Below are positions 9,288 to 18,173 of a DNA stretch of 32,000 nt, piece after piece. Each line of letters starts with the position of its first letter. The stretch's first letter is position 1. Position numbers and translations under genes: made by a program. The notes under the pieces are model-generated. The model was not told where the DNA came from and did not search any database. It was given only the letters and a program-made list of their open reading frames with translations. The stretch covers positions 6,210,001 through 6,242,000 of the forward strand of contig NC_003272.1 of NCBI RefSeq assembly GCF_000009705.1. Reading direction: 5' to 3'. Origin of the DNA: Nostoc sp. PCC 7120 = FACHB-418. Its GTDB lineage: Bacteria > Cyanobacteriota > Cyanobacteriia > Cyanobacteriales > Nostocaceae.

Positions 9288-9317
9288 CCGGCGGGTAACG
9301 CGGTAGCGTTCCGCCGG
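9288..9317. terminator. GC-rich nested hairpin between convergent genes (possible bidirectional terminator or dispersed-repeat copy)
   Basis: CCGGCGG-gt-AACGC-ggta-GCGTT-CCGCCGG gives a 7 bp outer stem plus a 5 bp inner stem. There is no flanking U-run on either strand. Confidence 0.35.
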
Positions 9318-9419
9318 AAAGGCTGCGCCAACAAAATTCAAAATTAAATGTAGCCACCCACAAGGGTTGAGGTTTCTACCTACCCGGAGAAATGAATCAT
9401 TGTTGAGTTGATAGAATAC

Positions 9420-10304
9420 TTACCTTTTAGCTAGCTTTCTTGTCACAAAACCCACCATCCCCAGGATAGCTAAACTCAATCCAGAAAGCGGGGTTGGCTC
9501 TGGAACTGAGATTAAAGTTGCCGCCGTTGGCGTTGCAAAGAGGAAATCGTCAGTATTAACGAGATCAACACCATTAGCTAAATCCTCACCACCAAAAGAT
9601 TGAATAGTGGTGCCATCAAAGCTAAATAGTGCATTTGTCCCGACTGTCAGTTGCACCTCAGTTACTATCGGTTGGTCAAAGAGAACTCCCAAAAACTGAG
9701 CCTCTCCTGATGCGCCAACAGGAACGAAATACTTACCAAGACTGACCTTATCGCCTTTGGTCGTTGTACCAAAGTATTCGATACTACTGCTAGCTGCATC
9801 TTCCACATCAAGGAAGATGGCACCAAAACCTCGTGTCCCAGCAGCAGTTGTTGTGCCAGGCAACACGAAGCTCTGTTCAATAAAGCGATCCTCGAACTGA
9901 CCGTTATTAAAATCAAACATCACAAACGTATTTTGCGGACTAAAGGCGGGAAACTCCCCTGCTGTACCTGGATTGACACTGGCAAACCCATCGCCACTGA
10001 CGGCATAAGGATCAGAAAACAGCGCACCTGCTCCCAAGAAGCGATTGACGGGAATCACCACTGTCTTCCCAGGATCAATTACTTGAGTCTCAGGGTTAGC
10101 ATCAGTACCGTCGAGACGGACACCATCCCAACCAATACGGCTACCACCACCGATCGCTGTTTGAAAATCCGTGAAGGCTGTAGTTGTTGTTGCTCCCGAT
10201 CCACTAAAGACGAGAGTAGATGCCTGTGCCGATTCAGCAACAGTCGTCAGTAAGCTCAATACTATGCTTCCTGCCACTGAAGCTAATATGCCATGTTTAA
10301 ACAT
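9420..10304 (-). CDS. Secreted PEP-CTERM sorting-domain protein
   Basis: The N-terminal signal peptide is MFKHGILASVAGSIVLSLLTTVAESAQA. The C-terminus VPEPTPLSGLSLAILGMVGFVTRKLAKR has the PEP motif, a TM helix and a basic tail. Confidence 0.8.
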   Translation of the reverse strand: MFKHGILASVAGSIVLSLLTTVAESAQASTLVFSGSGATTTTAFTDFQTAIGGGSRIGWDGVRLDGTDANPETQVIDPGKTVVIPVNRFLGAGALFSDPYAVSGDGFASVNPGTAGEFPAFSPQNTFVMFDFNNGQFEDRFIEQSFVLPGTTTAAGTRGFGAIFLDVEDAASSSIEYFGTTTKGDKVSLGKYFVPVGASGEAQFLGVLFDQPIVTEVQLTVGTNALFSFDGTTIQSFGGEDLANGVDLVNTDDFLFATPTAATLISVPEPTPLSGLSLAILGMVGFVTRKLAKR

Positions 10305-10605
10305 AGTTTTTGTTTCTGAAGTTGTGAGTGATTATTAGGGAAGAATGCAAAACTAAGAGGTCATCACCCAGTTAATAACTGGTAAATAGAGCAGTCATAA
10401 TTAACTGGAACATCAAAGTAATATGTGGATTTATCGGATGTTTTTGAGGAAATTATGCAATCAATTGAAAAACAATTTTATTTTTTTGATTCTGTCTGTA
10501 AAGGATAATATTTCAGATTTATCCTCAATCTTTTTTAGTGGTTATACGTAAAAAGTATGTATAATATCGGGAAAATATTTAAATCATCAATCGACTCTGA
10601 AAGTA

Positions 10606-11697
10606 ATGAATCGTACCCAAGAAGCAAACAACCTTTGTCGTTCTGATGCTATTGCATATTTACTGTTAGAAAAGCTCCATTTATTTCCTCTGAGTGCCGG
10701 CCTGTGGTCACTGGCGATTGTTGTCATGTTTGATCTGCTGACTGCAATAGCAAGCAACACTCTAACCGGATCTAGAGGATTACTTCAAGACCCCATACCC
10801 TGGATAGCAGCGATACTCATCAATCCAGTAGTAGTTGGATATTATTTGTGGAGTTTTCAAGCAATTAGCAGTGTAATTAAAAATTTGGACGAATCCAATG
10901 TAGTAATAGAAATTGATAGATTAAAGATTGAGCGTATATCTTCAACTCTCTATAACAAAAAATTTCGTAATTTACTTGCAATCATTAGTGCTATTAGTAT
11001 CAGTATTTATGTATTTGTCACTCAGCCAAAATTGATAAAAAGCTGGACAAGCACAGGATTGCTACCAAATTTGAGCATCACAATCGCAACTCTGATAGTT
11101 GTATATATGGGTACGATGCTGATTCTGAATCTAATTAATAATATCCAGATTCTCCATAGTACTCTCAAAAACAAAAAGCTGAATGTGAACCCCCTTCATC
11201 CGGATCGCTGTGGCGGTCTTCGATCCCTAAGTGATTATTCACTCAAAACTGCCTACCTCATCACTCTTTTAGGTTTCTGGGTTAGCATCATTAGCTATCA
11301 AACTATCACACAAGGTAGTAAGCAAGATTACTGGTATATTTATTTTATTGTAATATTGTATATTTTTCTATCATTAGCGTGTTTTTTTGGCCCTTTACTG
11401 ACTGCTCATAGAGGCATGAAAAAGGCTAAGGAGGAAGTTTTACACGAGATTGCTCATCAGTTCCAAATAGATTATTCACAAATTCATAGTAGTCTCACAG
11501 AAGATGCAGAAACACTAAAAAAAAGAACTGAAAAAGTCCGAGAACTACGTAATTTCTACACTATGACTGACGAATTCCCTATCTGGCCTTTTGATGTACA
11601 AACTTTTCGGCGGTATCTACTTAGTGTCAGTACACCCCTCCTTTCTCTCCTAGTAGGGGTGATACAAAAGTATTTGGAGATTGTGATGAAAAAATAA
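10606..11697 (+). CDS. Hypothetical multi-pass membrane protein (363 aa) with a C-terminal charged helical region
   Basis: Intact ORF with about 6 hydrophobic segments and the loop motif NPLHPDRCGGL. The C-terminal part is KKAKEEVLHEIAHQF...LKKRTEKVRELRNFY. It is visibly more AT-rich than its neighbours and has no HIP1 site. I recognise no family. Confidence 0.65.
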   Translation: MNRTQEANNLCRSDAIAYLLLEKLHLFPLSAGLWSLAIVVMFDLLTAIASNTLTGSRGLLQDPIPWIAAILINPVVVGYYLWSFQAISSVIKNLDESNVVIEIDRLKIERISSTLYNKKFRNLLAIISAISISIYVFVTQPKLIKSWTSTGLLPNLSITIATLIVVYMGTMLILNLINNIQILHSTLKNKKLNVNPLHPDRCGGLRSLSDYSLKTAYLITLLGFWVSIISYQTITQGSKQDYWYIYFIVILYIFLSLACFFGPLLTAHRGMKKAKEEVLHEIAHQFQIDYSQIHSSLTEDAETLKKRTEKVRELRNFYTMTDEFPIWPFDVQTFRRYLLSVSTPLLSLLVGVIQKYLEIVMKK

Positions 11698-11824
11698 GAA
11701 AGACGAAAATCGATCTAGAAAATAGGGAGTAGCTTATTCCGCTTCACCTTTAGCAATATTGACTTTAGCCATAGGAATCATCCCGCATTTAAAGCTACAC
11801 TAGCGATACAGTCTAGGAAAAAAT

Positions 11825-14800
11825 TTAAGCTGTATAGTCTGCTGTATCTGCGATCGCTCCCTGCATTCTCCCTAACGCATCAATCAAGCTTTGCAATTGT
11901 TGATCTGCTTTGAGGACTGCTAAACCTCTGACGGTGACTTTACCAGGAGAGTAAACAAAGCGGGTTTTGAGATGTTCTGGTAAGTTCGCCGCCAGTAAAT
12001 TCCATGCAGGTTCTTCCATTGGGGTTTCTAAAACCACGTGCTGTTTACTTTCTGGCTTGATGCGGCTAAATCCTAATTTTTTGGCTAGTTGTTTCAGTTC
12101 CATTACCCGCAAGAGTTGATTGGCGCTGACTGGTAAAGTACCATAGCGATCGCTCCACTCGGCTGCAATCTGGGTTAACTCGTCTTTGGACTTAGCAGCC
12201 GCTACCGCACGATATGCACTCATTTTTTGGTCGATGTCGGTAATGTAATCGGCGGGGATAAAGGCGGTGAGGTTGAGGTCAATTTGAGTATCGTCAACTT
12301 TGGGAATTTCTTGACCGCGAATTTCTCGAATTGATTCTTCCAACATTTCCATGTATAAATCAAACCCGATTGCTTCCATTTGACCGGATTGTTCTGCACC
12401 AAGCAAGTTACCCACCCCCCGGATTTCCATGTCGCGCATGGCTAATTGATAGCCGGAACCAAGTTGAGTAAATTCCTGAATCGCTCGTAATCGTTGCCGG
12501 GCTGCGTCAGATAACTCTCTTTGCTTGGGGTAAAATAACCAGGCGTGGGCTTGAATCCCTGCACGTCCCACCCGTCCCCGTAACTGGTAAAGTTGGGATA
12601 AACCAAAGCGGTGAGCATCTTCAATCAGGATGGTGTTGACACGGGGAATATCTAAGCCAGATTCAATAATTGTGGTACATACCAAAATATCTGCGTCACC
12701 ATTGCTGAAAGTGAGCATGGTTGATTCTAACTCGCTCTCATCCATTTGCCCGTGGGCGATCGCAAATCTGGCTCCGGGAACCATCTCTCGCAAATTGGCG
12801 GTAATCTCTTCGATGCCATCAACCCGTGGAACTACATAAAATACCTGCCCACCCCGGTCAAGTTCTTGACGAATAGCGCTGCGTACACTTTCCGGGTTTC
12901 TGGGGGAAAGATGGGTTTTAATTGGTCGTCTGGTAGGGGGTGGTGTGGTGATTAAACTCATTTCCCGAATCCCAGACAAGGACATATACAAGGTGCGGGG
13001 AATGGGAGTAGCGGAGAGAGTCAATACGTCAACTTGGGTTTTCAAGGACTTAATTTTCTCCTTCTGGTTCACCCCAAATCGTTGTTCCTCATCTATGACC
13101 AACAGTCCTAAATCTTTGAAACTGACACTTTTACCTAAAAGTTGGTGCGTCCCTACCACAATATCTAACTCACCAGTCGCCAATCGCTTTTGAATATTCC
13201 GCCGTTCTTCGGCTGTGCGGAAACGATTCAGTAACCCAACATTCACAGGGTATGGGGAAAAGCGTTCTTTGAGGGTGTGGTAATGTTGCTGGGTGAGAAT
13301 GGTTGTCGGTGCGAGGAGGGCGACTTGTTTACCGGAAGTCACCGCTTTGAAAATAGCGCGAATCGCCACTTCCGTTTTCCCGAAACCCACATCACCACAT
13401 ACTAAACGATCCATTGGGCGATCGCTTTCCATATCCCGTTTTACATCTTGGACGGCTTTTAGCTGGTCGGTTGTCGCTTGGTAGGGAAAAGAATCTTCCA
13501 TTTCCTCTTGCCAAGGCATATCTTGGGGATAGGCGAAACCTTGCTGTTGCGATCGCGCTGCATATAATTTCAGCAAGTCTACTGCTAATTTTTTAATCGC
13601 CTTACGGACACGATTTTTGGTATTGTCCCAAGCTTTCCCCGTCATTTTATGCAGTTCCGGCGCTTTATCTCCCGTCGTGCGGAACCGAGACAAGGAACCT
13701 ACTTGATCAGCCGCAACCCTCAACAGACCGTCAGCATACTGCACCACAATATAATCACGAGTTTCATCATTAATTGTCAGACTCTCCAGCTTGACAAACT
13801 TGCCAATCCCATGACTTCTGTGAACTACATAATCCCCTTGACGCAGCTTATTAGGGTCAACTTGCTTAGAAGCCGCCTGACGACGCTTACGGACAAAGCT
13901 CGGTGTAGCGAGGGAGTGTTGACCATAAAATTCGCGGTCGGTGATGACTACTAGGCGATAGGTAGGGAGAATAAAACCTTCCAGTTCCGCCAAACCAGAA
14001 TATTTCAAAGCTACAGGGGTGTGGTTGATTTGCAGCTTGTCAATCGCTTGGTAATCGCGGGGATTGGGGATAAACTGCGCCGGACAATCGTGTTCTTGTA
14101 GTAGAGAAACAGAACGGGAAGGTTGAGCCGAAATTAACCAAATCGAGAAATTGCGATCGCGCTCTTGTCTTAATGTGTCTGCCAGTTTAGCAAATTGGTG
14201 GGGTGTCACCGGCACAGACCGACTAGCTAAATTTACCCCGCTATTTTCTTCAGATAGTTCTGATAAATATAAGGTTTTAAATCGAGTCACATCAGCCAAA
14301 CATTCCTCAAAAGACCGATGAATTTTGGGCAATTGTACACTTCCCAAATCCGCTTCTCCCGTTCCCAGTGACCATTGTTCCTCTGCATTTTCCACCCAGC
14401 GATCGCTATGAGCATGACACTGTTCTGGCTCATCAATCGCAATTAAAGTATTTTCTGACAAATAATCCAAAACAGATGCAGGTCGCTCAAAAGCCAACCC
14501 CAAAAAGCGCCGGCTACCTTCTGTGAGTGTTGAGTCAGAGCTTAACTCAGAACTTAGCACTTGGTATTCAGCACTATTCTCAAGTGCAGTCGTAATAATA
14601 GGAGCAAAACTTGTAGGCGTAAGCACAATTTGCGTTATTTTGTCAAGCGCCGAACGTTGAGTATTGGGGTCAAATTCCCGGATTTGCTCAATTTCATCCC
14701 CAAACCATTCCAACCGTACCGGCAACTCTGAGGAAACTGGAAACACATCGACAATATCCCCCCGGCGGCTCCACTGTCCCTCTGTTTCCACCAGGGGAAC

Positions 14801-15382
14801 ACGCTCATATCCCAAAATAGTAATTTTCTCACTGAAGGTATCTAAATCAAATTCCAGCCCCCGCGTGAGAGTCAGGGAAAAAGGAATAAAAGCATCTGGT
14901 GGTGGTAAATGGGGTTGCAAGGCTCCAACAGTAGCAACGACGGCTATTTTATTTTGTTGACCGTTGACTGTTGACTGTTGACCGTTGACCGTTGACTGTT
15001 GACTGTTGACTGTTGACTGTTGACTGTTGACTGTTGACTGTTGACTCTTAACCAAATCAGCAAGGACTTGCATCTGACCCCAAGTCATTTCCGTTTCCGG
15101 GTCAAATGGTTCGTAGGGAGAGGCTTCTGAAGTGGGATAAAAATGTACTGTTTGCCATCCCATCGCTTCCAACTGTGCGTAAGCGCGCCCGGCTTCTTCT
15201 AAAGTGGCACAAACCACAAATAAGTTATTGCCAGAATTTTGCGCCAAAGCGGAAGTCACCAAGCCCTTTGGTAGGCGGGAAATGCCATTTAATCGCAAAT
15301 CTTGCTGGCGATTGAGCTTAGAAATTAATTCAGTGGTGAGTGGCGATCGCGCCAAGGCACGCACAATAGAAGAAAAAGCCAT
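11825..15382 (-). CDS. mfd: Transcription-repair coupling factor Mfd
   Basis: It has superfamily-2 helicase motifs: [21 protein letters not shown] (DExx box), [11 protein letters not shown] and QLRGRVGR. It also has a CarD/RNAP-interaction region ([14 protein letters not shown]) and a length typical of Mfd. Confidence 0.95.
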   Translation of the reverse strand: MAFSSIVRALARSPLTTELISKLNRQQDLRLNGISRLPKGLVTSALAQNSGNNLFVVCATLEEAGRAYAQLEAMGWQTVHFYPTSEASPYEPFDPETEMTWGQMQVLADLVKSQQSTVNSQQSTVNSQQSTVNGQQSTVNGQQNKIAVVATVGALQPHLPPPDAFIPFSLTLTRGLEFDLDTFSEKITILGYERVPLVETEGQWSRRGDIVDVFPVSSELPVRLEWFGDEIEQIREFDPNTQRSALDKITQIVLTPTSFAPIITTALENSAEYQVLSSELSSDSTLTEGSRRFLGLAFERPASVLDYLSENTLIAIDEPEQCHAHSDRWVENAEEQWSLGTGEADLGSVQLPKIHRSFEECLADVTRFKTLYLSELSEENSGVNLASRSVPVTPHQFAKLADTLRQERDRNFSIWLISAQPSRSVSLLQEHDCPAQFIPNPRDYQAIDKLQINHTPVALKYSGLAELEGFILPTYRLVVITDREFYGQHSLATPSFVRKRRQAASKQVDPNKLRQGDYVVHRSHGIGKFVKLESLTINDETRDYIVVQYADGLLRVAADQVGSLSRFRTTGDKAPELHKMTGKAWDNTKNRVRKAIKKLAVDLLKLYAARSQQQGFAYPQDMPWQEEMEDSFPYQATTDQLKAVQDVKRDMESDRPMDRLVCGDVGFGKTEVAIRAIFKAVTSGKQVALLAPTTILTQQHYHTLKERFSPYPVNVGLLNRFRTAEERRNIQKRLATGELDIVVGTHQLLGKSVSFKDLGLLVIDEEQRFGVNQKEKIKSLKTQVDVLTLSATPIPRTLYMSLSGIREMSLITTPPPTRRPIKTHLSPRNPESVRSAIRQELDRGGQVFYVVPRVDGIEEITANLREMVPGARFAIAHGQMDESELESTMLTFSNGDADILVCTTIIESGLDIPRVNTILIEDAHRFGLSQLYQLRGRVGRAGIQAHAWLFYPKQRELSDAARQRLRAIQEFTQLGSGYQLAMRDMEIRGVGNLLGAEQSGQMEAIGFDLYMEMLEESIREIRGQEIPKVDDTQIDLNLTAFIPADYITDIDQKMSAYRAVAAAKSKDELTQIAAEWSDRYGTLPVSANQLLRVMELKQLAKKLGFSRIKPESKQHVVLETPMEEPAWNLLAANLPEHLKTRFVYSPGKVTVRGLAVLKADQQLQSLIDALGRMQGAIADTADYTA
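14956..15046 (-). repeat. STRR-type heptanucleotide tandem array, 13 units, embedded in frame in mfd
   Basis: The + strand reads GTTGACC x3 and GTTGACT x10, head to tail. The coding strand AGTCAAC is a circular permutation of CAACAGT. It is translated as (S/G)QQSTVN repeats. Confidence 0.9.
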
Positions 15383-15678
15383 AAGTTAGGAAGTCGTTGC
15401 AGAACAGAAAATCTAGAGGTAGCCTATGTCAACTATTTTAAAAGTGTTAAACACTCCTCTTAATATTTCTGTGGAACAATAATACTCAACAAATTGAGGA
15501 ATCCATGAAAAATGCTGATTACTGAGTAAGATATTCTCTCCCCGCTCCCCTGCCTCCTCTACCTTCTTGAAAAAAAACCTACTACTTTGTGTATAGTTAA
15601 AGAATTTATGAGAAAACCTTTAATACTAGATACTAAGGATTGAGCTAAGTTCGCTCTATATAGCGGCAATTCATCATC

Positions 15679-17007
15679 ATGTCTTCCATCACTGTTGAAA
15701 TTTTAATTATTTTGGTACTAATTGTTGCTAACGGCATTTTTTCCATGTCGGAGATGGCGATCGTCTCAGCGCGGAAGGTAAGGCTACAGCAACTGGCGAA
15801 TCAAGGAGATCCCAAGGCCAAAGCTGCGCTGAAATTGGCAGAATCCCCGAATAATTTCCTTTCTACCGTACAAATAGGTATTTCTCTGATTGGTATTCTG
15901 ACTGGTGCTTTTGGAGGAGCTACAATTGCCAGCCGGCTAGCAGTTTACGTGCGGCTCGTACCGTTTTTAACACCATACAGTGAGCCAGTTTCCTTCGGCA
16001 TAGTAGTTTTAATTATTACCTACTTATCGCTGATTATTGGTGAACTTGTGCCGAAGCGTCTGGCCTTAAACAGTCCTGAACGTATTGCTGCCATTGTCGC
16101 TATTCCCATGCGTGCTTTAGCAACTTTGGCTTCTCCGGCGGTGCATTTGTTGAGTGCATCTACCGACATGGTACTGCGAATTATGGGTATTACACCTTCT
16201 CTAGAACCACAAGTCACGGAAGAAGAAATTAAAATCCTCATAGAACAAGGTACGGAAGCGGGAACCTTTGAGGAAGCAGAACAGGACATGGTAGAGCGAG
16301 TTTTTCGTTTAGGCGATCGCCCTGTCAGTTCCTTTATGACACCCCGTCCTGATATCGTCTGGCTGGATTTGGAAGACACAACCGAAGAAAATCGCCAAAA
16401 AATGAGTGAAAATGGTTATTCCCGTTATCCGGTATGCCAGGGAGGATTGGACAATGTACTAGGCATTATTCCCGTCACCGACTTACTCGCCAGAAGTCTC
16501 AGAGGCGATTCCCTAGATTTAACAGTGGGATTGCGTCAGCCTGTATTTGTTCCTGAAAGCACACGTGGCTTAAAAGTTTTGGAGTTATTTAAGCAAACTA
16601 TCACTCACATGGCGCTAGTCGTCGATGAATACGGCGTAATTCAGGGATTAGTTACCCTAAACGACATCATGAGCGAAATTGTTGGCGATGTACCTTCGGC
16701 TGATGGAGAAGAAGATCCTCAAGCCGTGCAACGGGAGGACGGTTCCTGGCTACTCGATGGAATGTTAGCCGTGGAAGAATTTTTTGAACTGTTTGGACTG
16801 GAGGAGTGGGACTTTGAAGAACGAGGTAGCTATCAAACCCTTGGTGGTTTTGTCATTACCCATCTCGGCCGCATTCCCGCCGCCGCCGATCATTTTGAAT
16901 GGCAAGGTATGCGAATTGAGGTCATGGACATGGATGGCAACCGCGTTGACAAAGTGCTAGTCGTGCCGACGAAAAATAAGGTGGCAGATACGCAAAAAGC
17001 TGATTAG
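15679..17007 (+). CDS. Hemolysin-family / CNNM-type protein (DUF21 membrane domain, CBS pair, CorC_HlyC domain)
   Basis: The N-terminal TM domain carries SMSEMAIVSAR. VFRLGDRPVSSFMTPR leads into the CBS pair. The C-terminal part is QTLGGFVITHLGRIP...G.RIEVMDMDGNRVDKV. Confidence 0.9.
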   Translation: MSSITVEILIILVLIVANGIFSMSEMAIVSARKVRLQQLANQGDPKAKAALKLAESPNNFLSTVQIGISLIGILTGAFGGATIASRLAVYVRLVPFLTPYSEPVSFGIVVLIITYLSLIIGELVPKRLALNSPERIAAIVAIPMRALATLASPAVHLLSASTDMVLRIMGITPSLEPQVTEEEIKILIEQGTEAGTFEEAEQDMVERVFRLGDRPVSSFMTPRPDIVWLDLEDTTEENRQKMSENGYSRYPVCQGGLDNVLGIIPVTDLLARSLRGDSLDLTVGLRQPVFVPESTRGLKVLELFKQTITHMALVVDEYGVIQGLVTLNDIMSEIVGDVPSADGEEDPQAVQREDGSWLLDGMLAVEEFFELFGLEEWDFEERGSYQTLGGFVITHLGRIPAAADHFEWQGMRIEVMDMDGNRVDKVLVVPTKNKVADTQKAD

Positions 17008-17192
17008 GAGGCAAGGGGCAGAGGAGAAAATTTCACAATCCCCACTCCCCAGCAGTGTTTGAATTTGGAATTGAATCTCTCCATTCCTAAGTTCTTTATC
17101 TATCCAAGATGCCGGATGGAGTTTTGCCGTAACCTGATAATGAAGGTAATTGCAATCATTCAACAACAGATAGATAAAGGCAGGTTGCGTTC

Positions 17193-17777
17193 ATGGCATA
17201 TTCCTGGTTTAAAGCATTTCACATTATAGGGATTGTGGTTTGGTTCGCTGGGTTGTTCTACTTGGTACGGTTATTCATTTATCATGTGGAGGCTAACCAG
17301 GAACCAGAACCAGCACGGACGATACTGAAAAATCAGTATCAAATTATGGAGAAGCGCCTCTACAACATTATCACTACACCAGGAATGTTGGTGACGGTAG
17401 CAATGGCGATCGGTTTAGTAAGTACAGAACCAGAAGTCTTAAAGCAGGGTTGGTTACACTTTAAGCTGCTGTGTGTTGCTTTATTACTTGGTTATCATCA
17501 TTACTGCGGTCGGTTAATGAAGAAGTTAGCCGCCGATGAATGTCGCTGGAGTAGTCAGCAGTTACGGGCGCTGAATGAAGCACCAACAGTGATGTTAGTA
17601 GTTATCGTGATGCTGGCTGTGTTTAAGAATAACTTGCCTACGGATCTCACCGCTTGGCTAATTTTTGCCCTGATTATCTTTATGGCAGTCACCATTCAGC
17701 TTTACGCTAAAAAGCGCCGATTGGATAAAGAAAAACTCACAGCCCAAATCGGACAAATTCCTCAAGAACAGAGTTAG
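17193..17777 (+). CDS. hemJ: Protoporphyrinogen IX oxidase HemJ (Slr1790-like)
   Basis: MAYSWFKAFHIIGIVVWFAGLFYLVRLFIYHVEA...RLYNIITTPGM...ALNEAPTV, with 4-5 TM segments and ~194 aa, matches my memory of the HemJ family. Confidence 0.8.
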   Translation: MAYSWFKAFHIIGIVVWFAGLFYLVRLFIYHVEANQEPEPARTILKNQYQIMEKRLYNIITTPGMLVTVAMAIGLVSTEPEVLKQGWLHFKLLCVALLLGYHHYCGRLMKKLAADECRWSSQQLRALNEAPTVMLVVIVMLAVFKNNLPTDLTAWLIFALIIFMAVTIQLYAKKRRLDKEKLTAQIGQIPQEQS

Positions 17778-17826
17778 CCTGATCACGCCACTACTTGGGT
17801 GGCAAGGCTAAAATGTAGCAGAAAAT

Positions 17827-17901
17827 GTAGGTTGGGTGGAGCCTTTGCGTAACCCAACACCATGATATATGTTGGCTTGCGCTGCGCTTCACCCAACCTA
17901 C
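17827..17901. repeat. Palindromic intergenic element bounded by GTAGGTTGGGTG / CACCCAACCTAC
   Basis: The 12-bp terminal inverted repeat is at 17827-17838 and 17890-17901. An internal hairpin is GTTGGGT...ACCCAAC. It is preceded by AAAATGTAG. Confidence 0.7.
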
Positions 17902-17988
17902 GTCTAATGTCCTATTTTAGTCGTGTCAGTCCAATAAGGTGTGTTATACCGCAAGCTAGGGACTTCCAGATAAAAAAATATCCAAAAT

Positions 17989-18053
17989 GTAGGGTGCGTC
18001 AGTGCAAGAAAACCTAGCTGTACCAAGAAAATAATCATACTGACGCACTCTAC
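17989..18053. repeat. Palindromic intergenic element bounded by GTAGGGTGCGTCAGT / ACTGACGCACTCTAC
   Basis: The 15-bp inverted repeat (14/15) flanks 35 nt that contain AAAACCTAGCTGTACCAAGAAAA. The same core recurs at 19645-19671. Confidence 0.7.
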
Positions 18054-18112
18054 TAACTACTAACCGTCAATTTGGGATAATTTATTTTTTGGTGTTCTCC
18101 TAACGCGCCATT

Positions 18113-18151
18113 GTAAAAAAAATTAGTGGGGTTGAAAATACCCCACTAATT
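18113..18151 (-). terminator. Rho-independent terminator of pmbA
   Basis: A perfect 11-bp stem AATTAGTGGGG / CCCCACTAATT (18121-18151) has a 9-nt loop. On the minus strand it is followed by a U-run (complement of the A-run 18115-18122). It begins 22 nt after the pmbA stop. Confidence 0.7.
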
Positions 18152-18173
18152 AACTCAAAATCACTTCTAACTT

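Noticed and set aside
9139-9363. ORF 9139-9363 (-), 74 aa
   Set aside because: It overlaps the 3' end of the DoxX-like gene and the GC-rich hairpin, and its sequence is implausible.
14956-15046. Possibility that the tandem repeats here and at 19518-19832 are CRISPR arrays
   Set aside because: The units are 7 nt and contiguous without spacers, and no cas genes are present. These are STRR-type microsatellites.
12220-15389. Many 60-101 aa ORFs on both strands inside mfd
   Set aside because: They overlap the confidently identified mfd frame. The one covering the heptamer array merely translates the repeat in another frame.
15538-17050. C/G-tract motifs flanking the CNNM-type gene: CTCCCCGCTCCCCTGCCTCCTC at 15538-15559; AGGAGGCAAGGGGCAGAGGAG at 17006-17026 and TCCCCACTCCCC at 17040-17050
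   Set aside because: They are short and imperfect, and they resemble generic GGGGAG-type dispersed tracts common in Nostocales. This is not enough to call an element or terminator.
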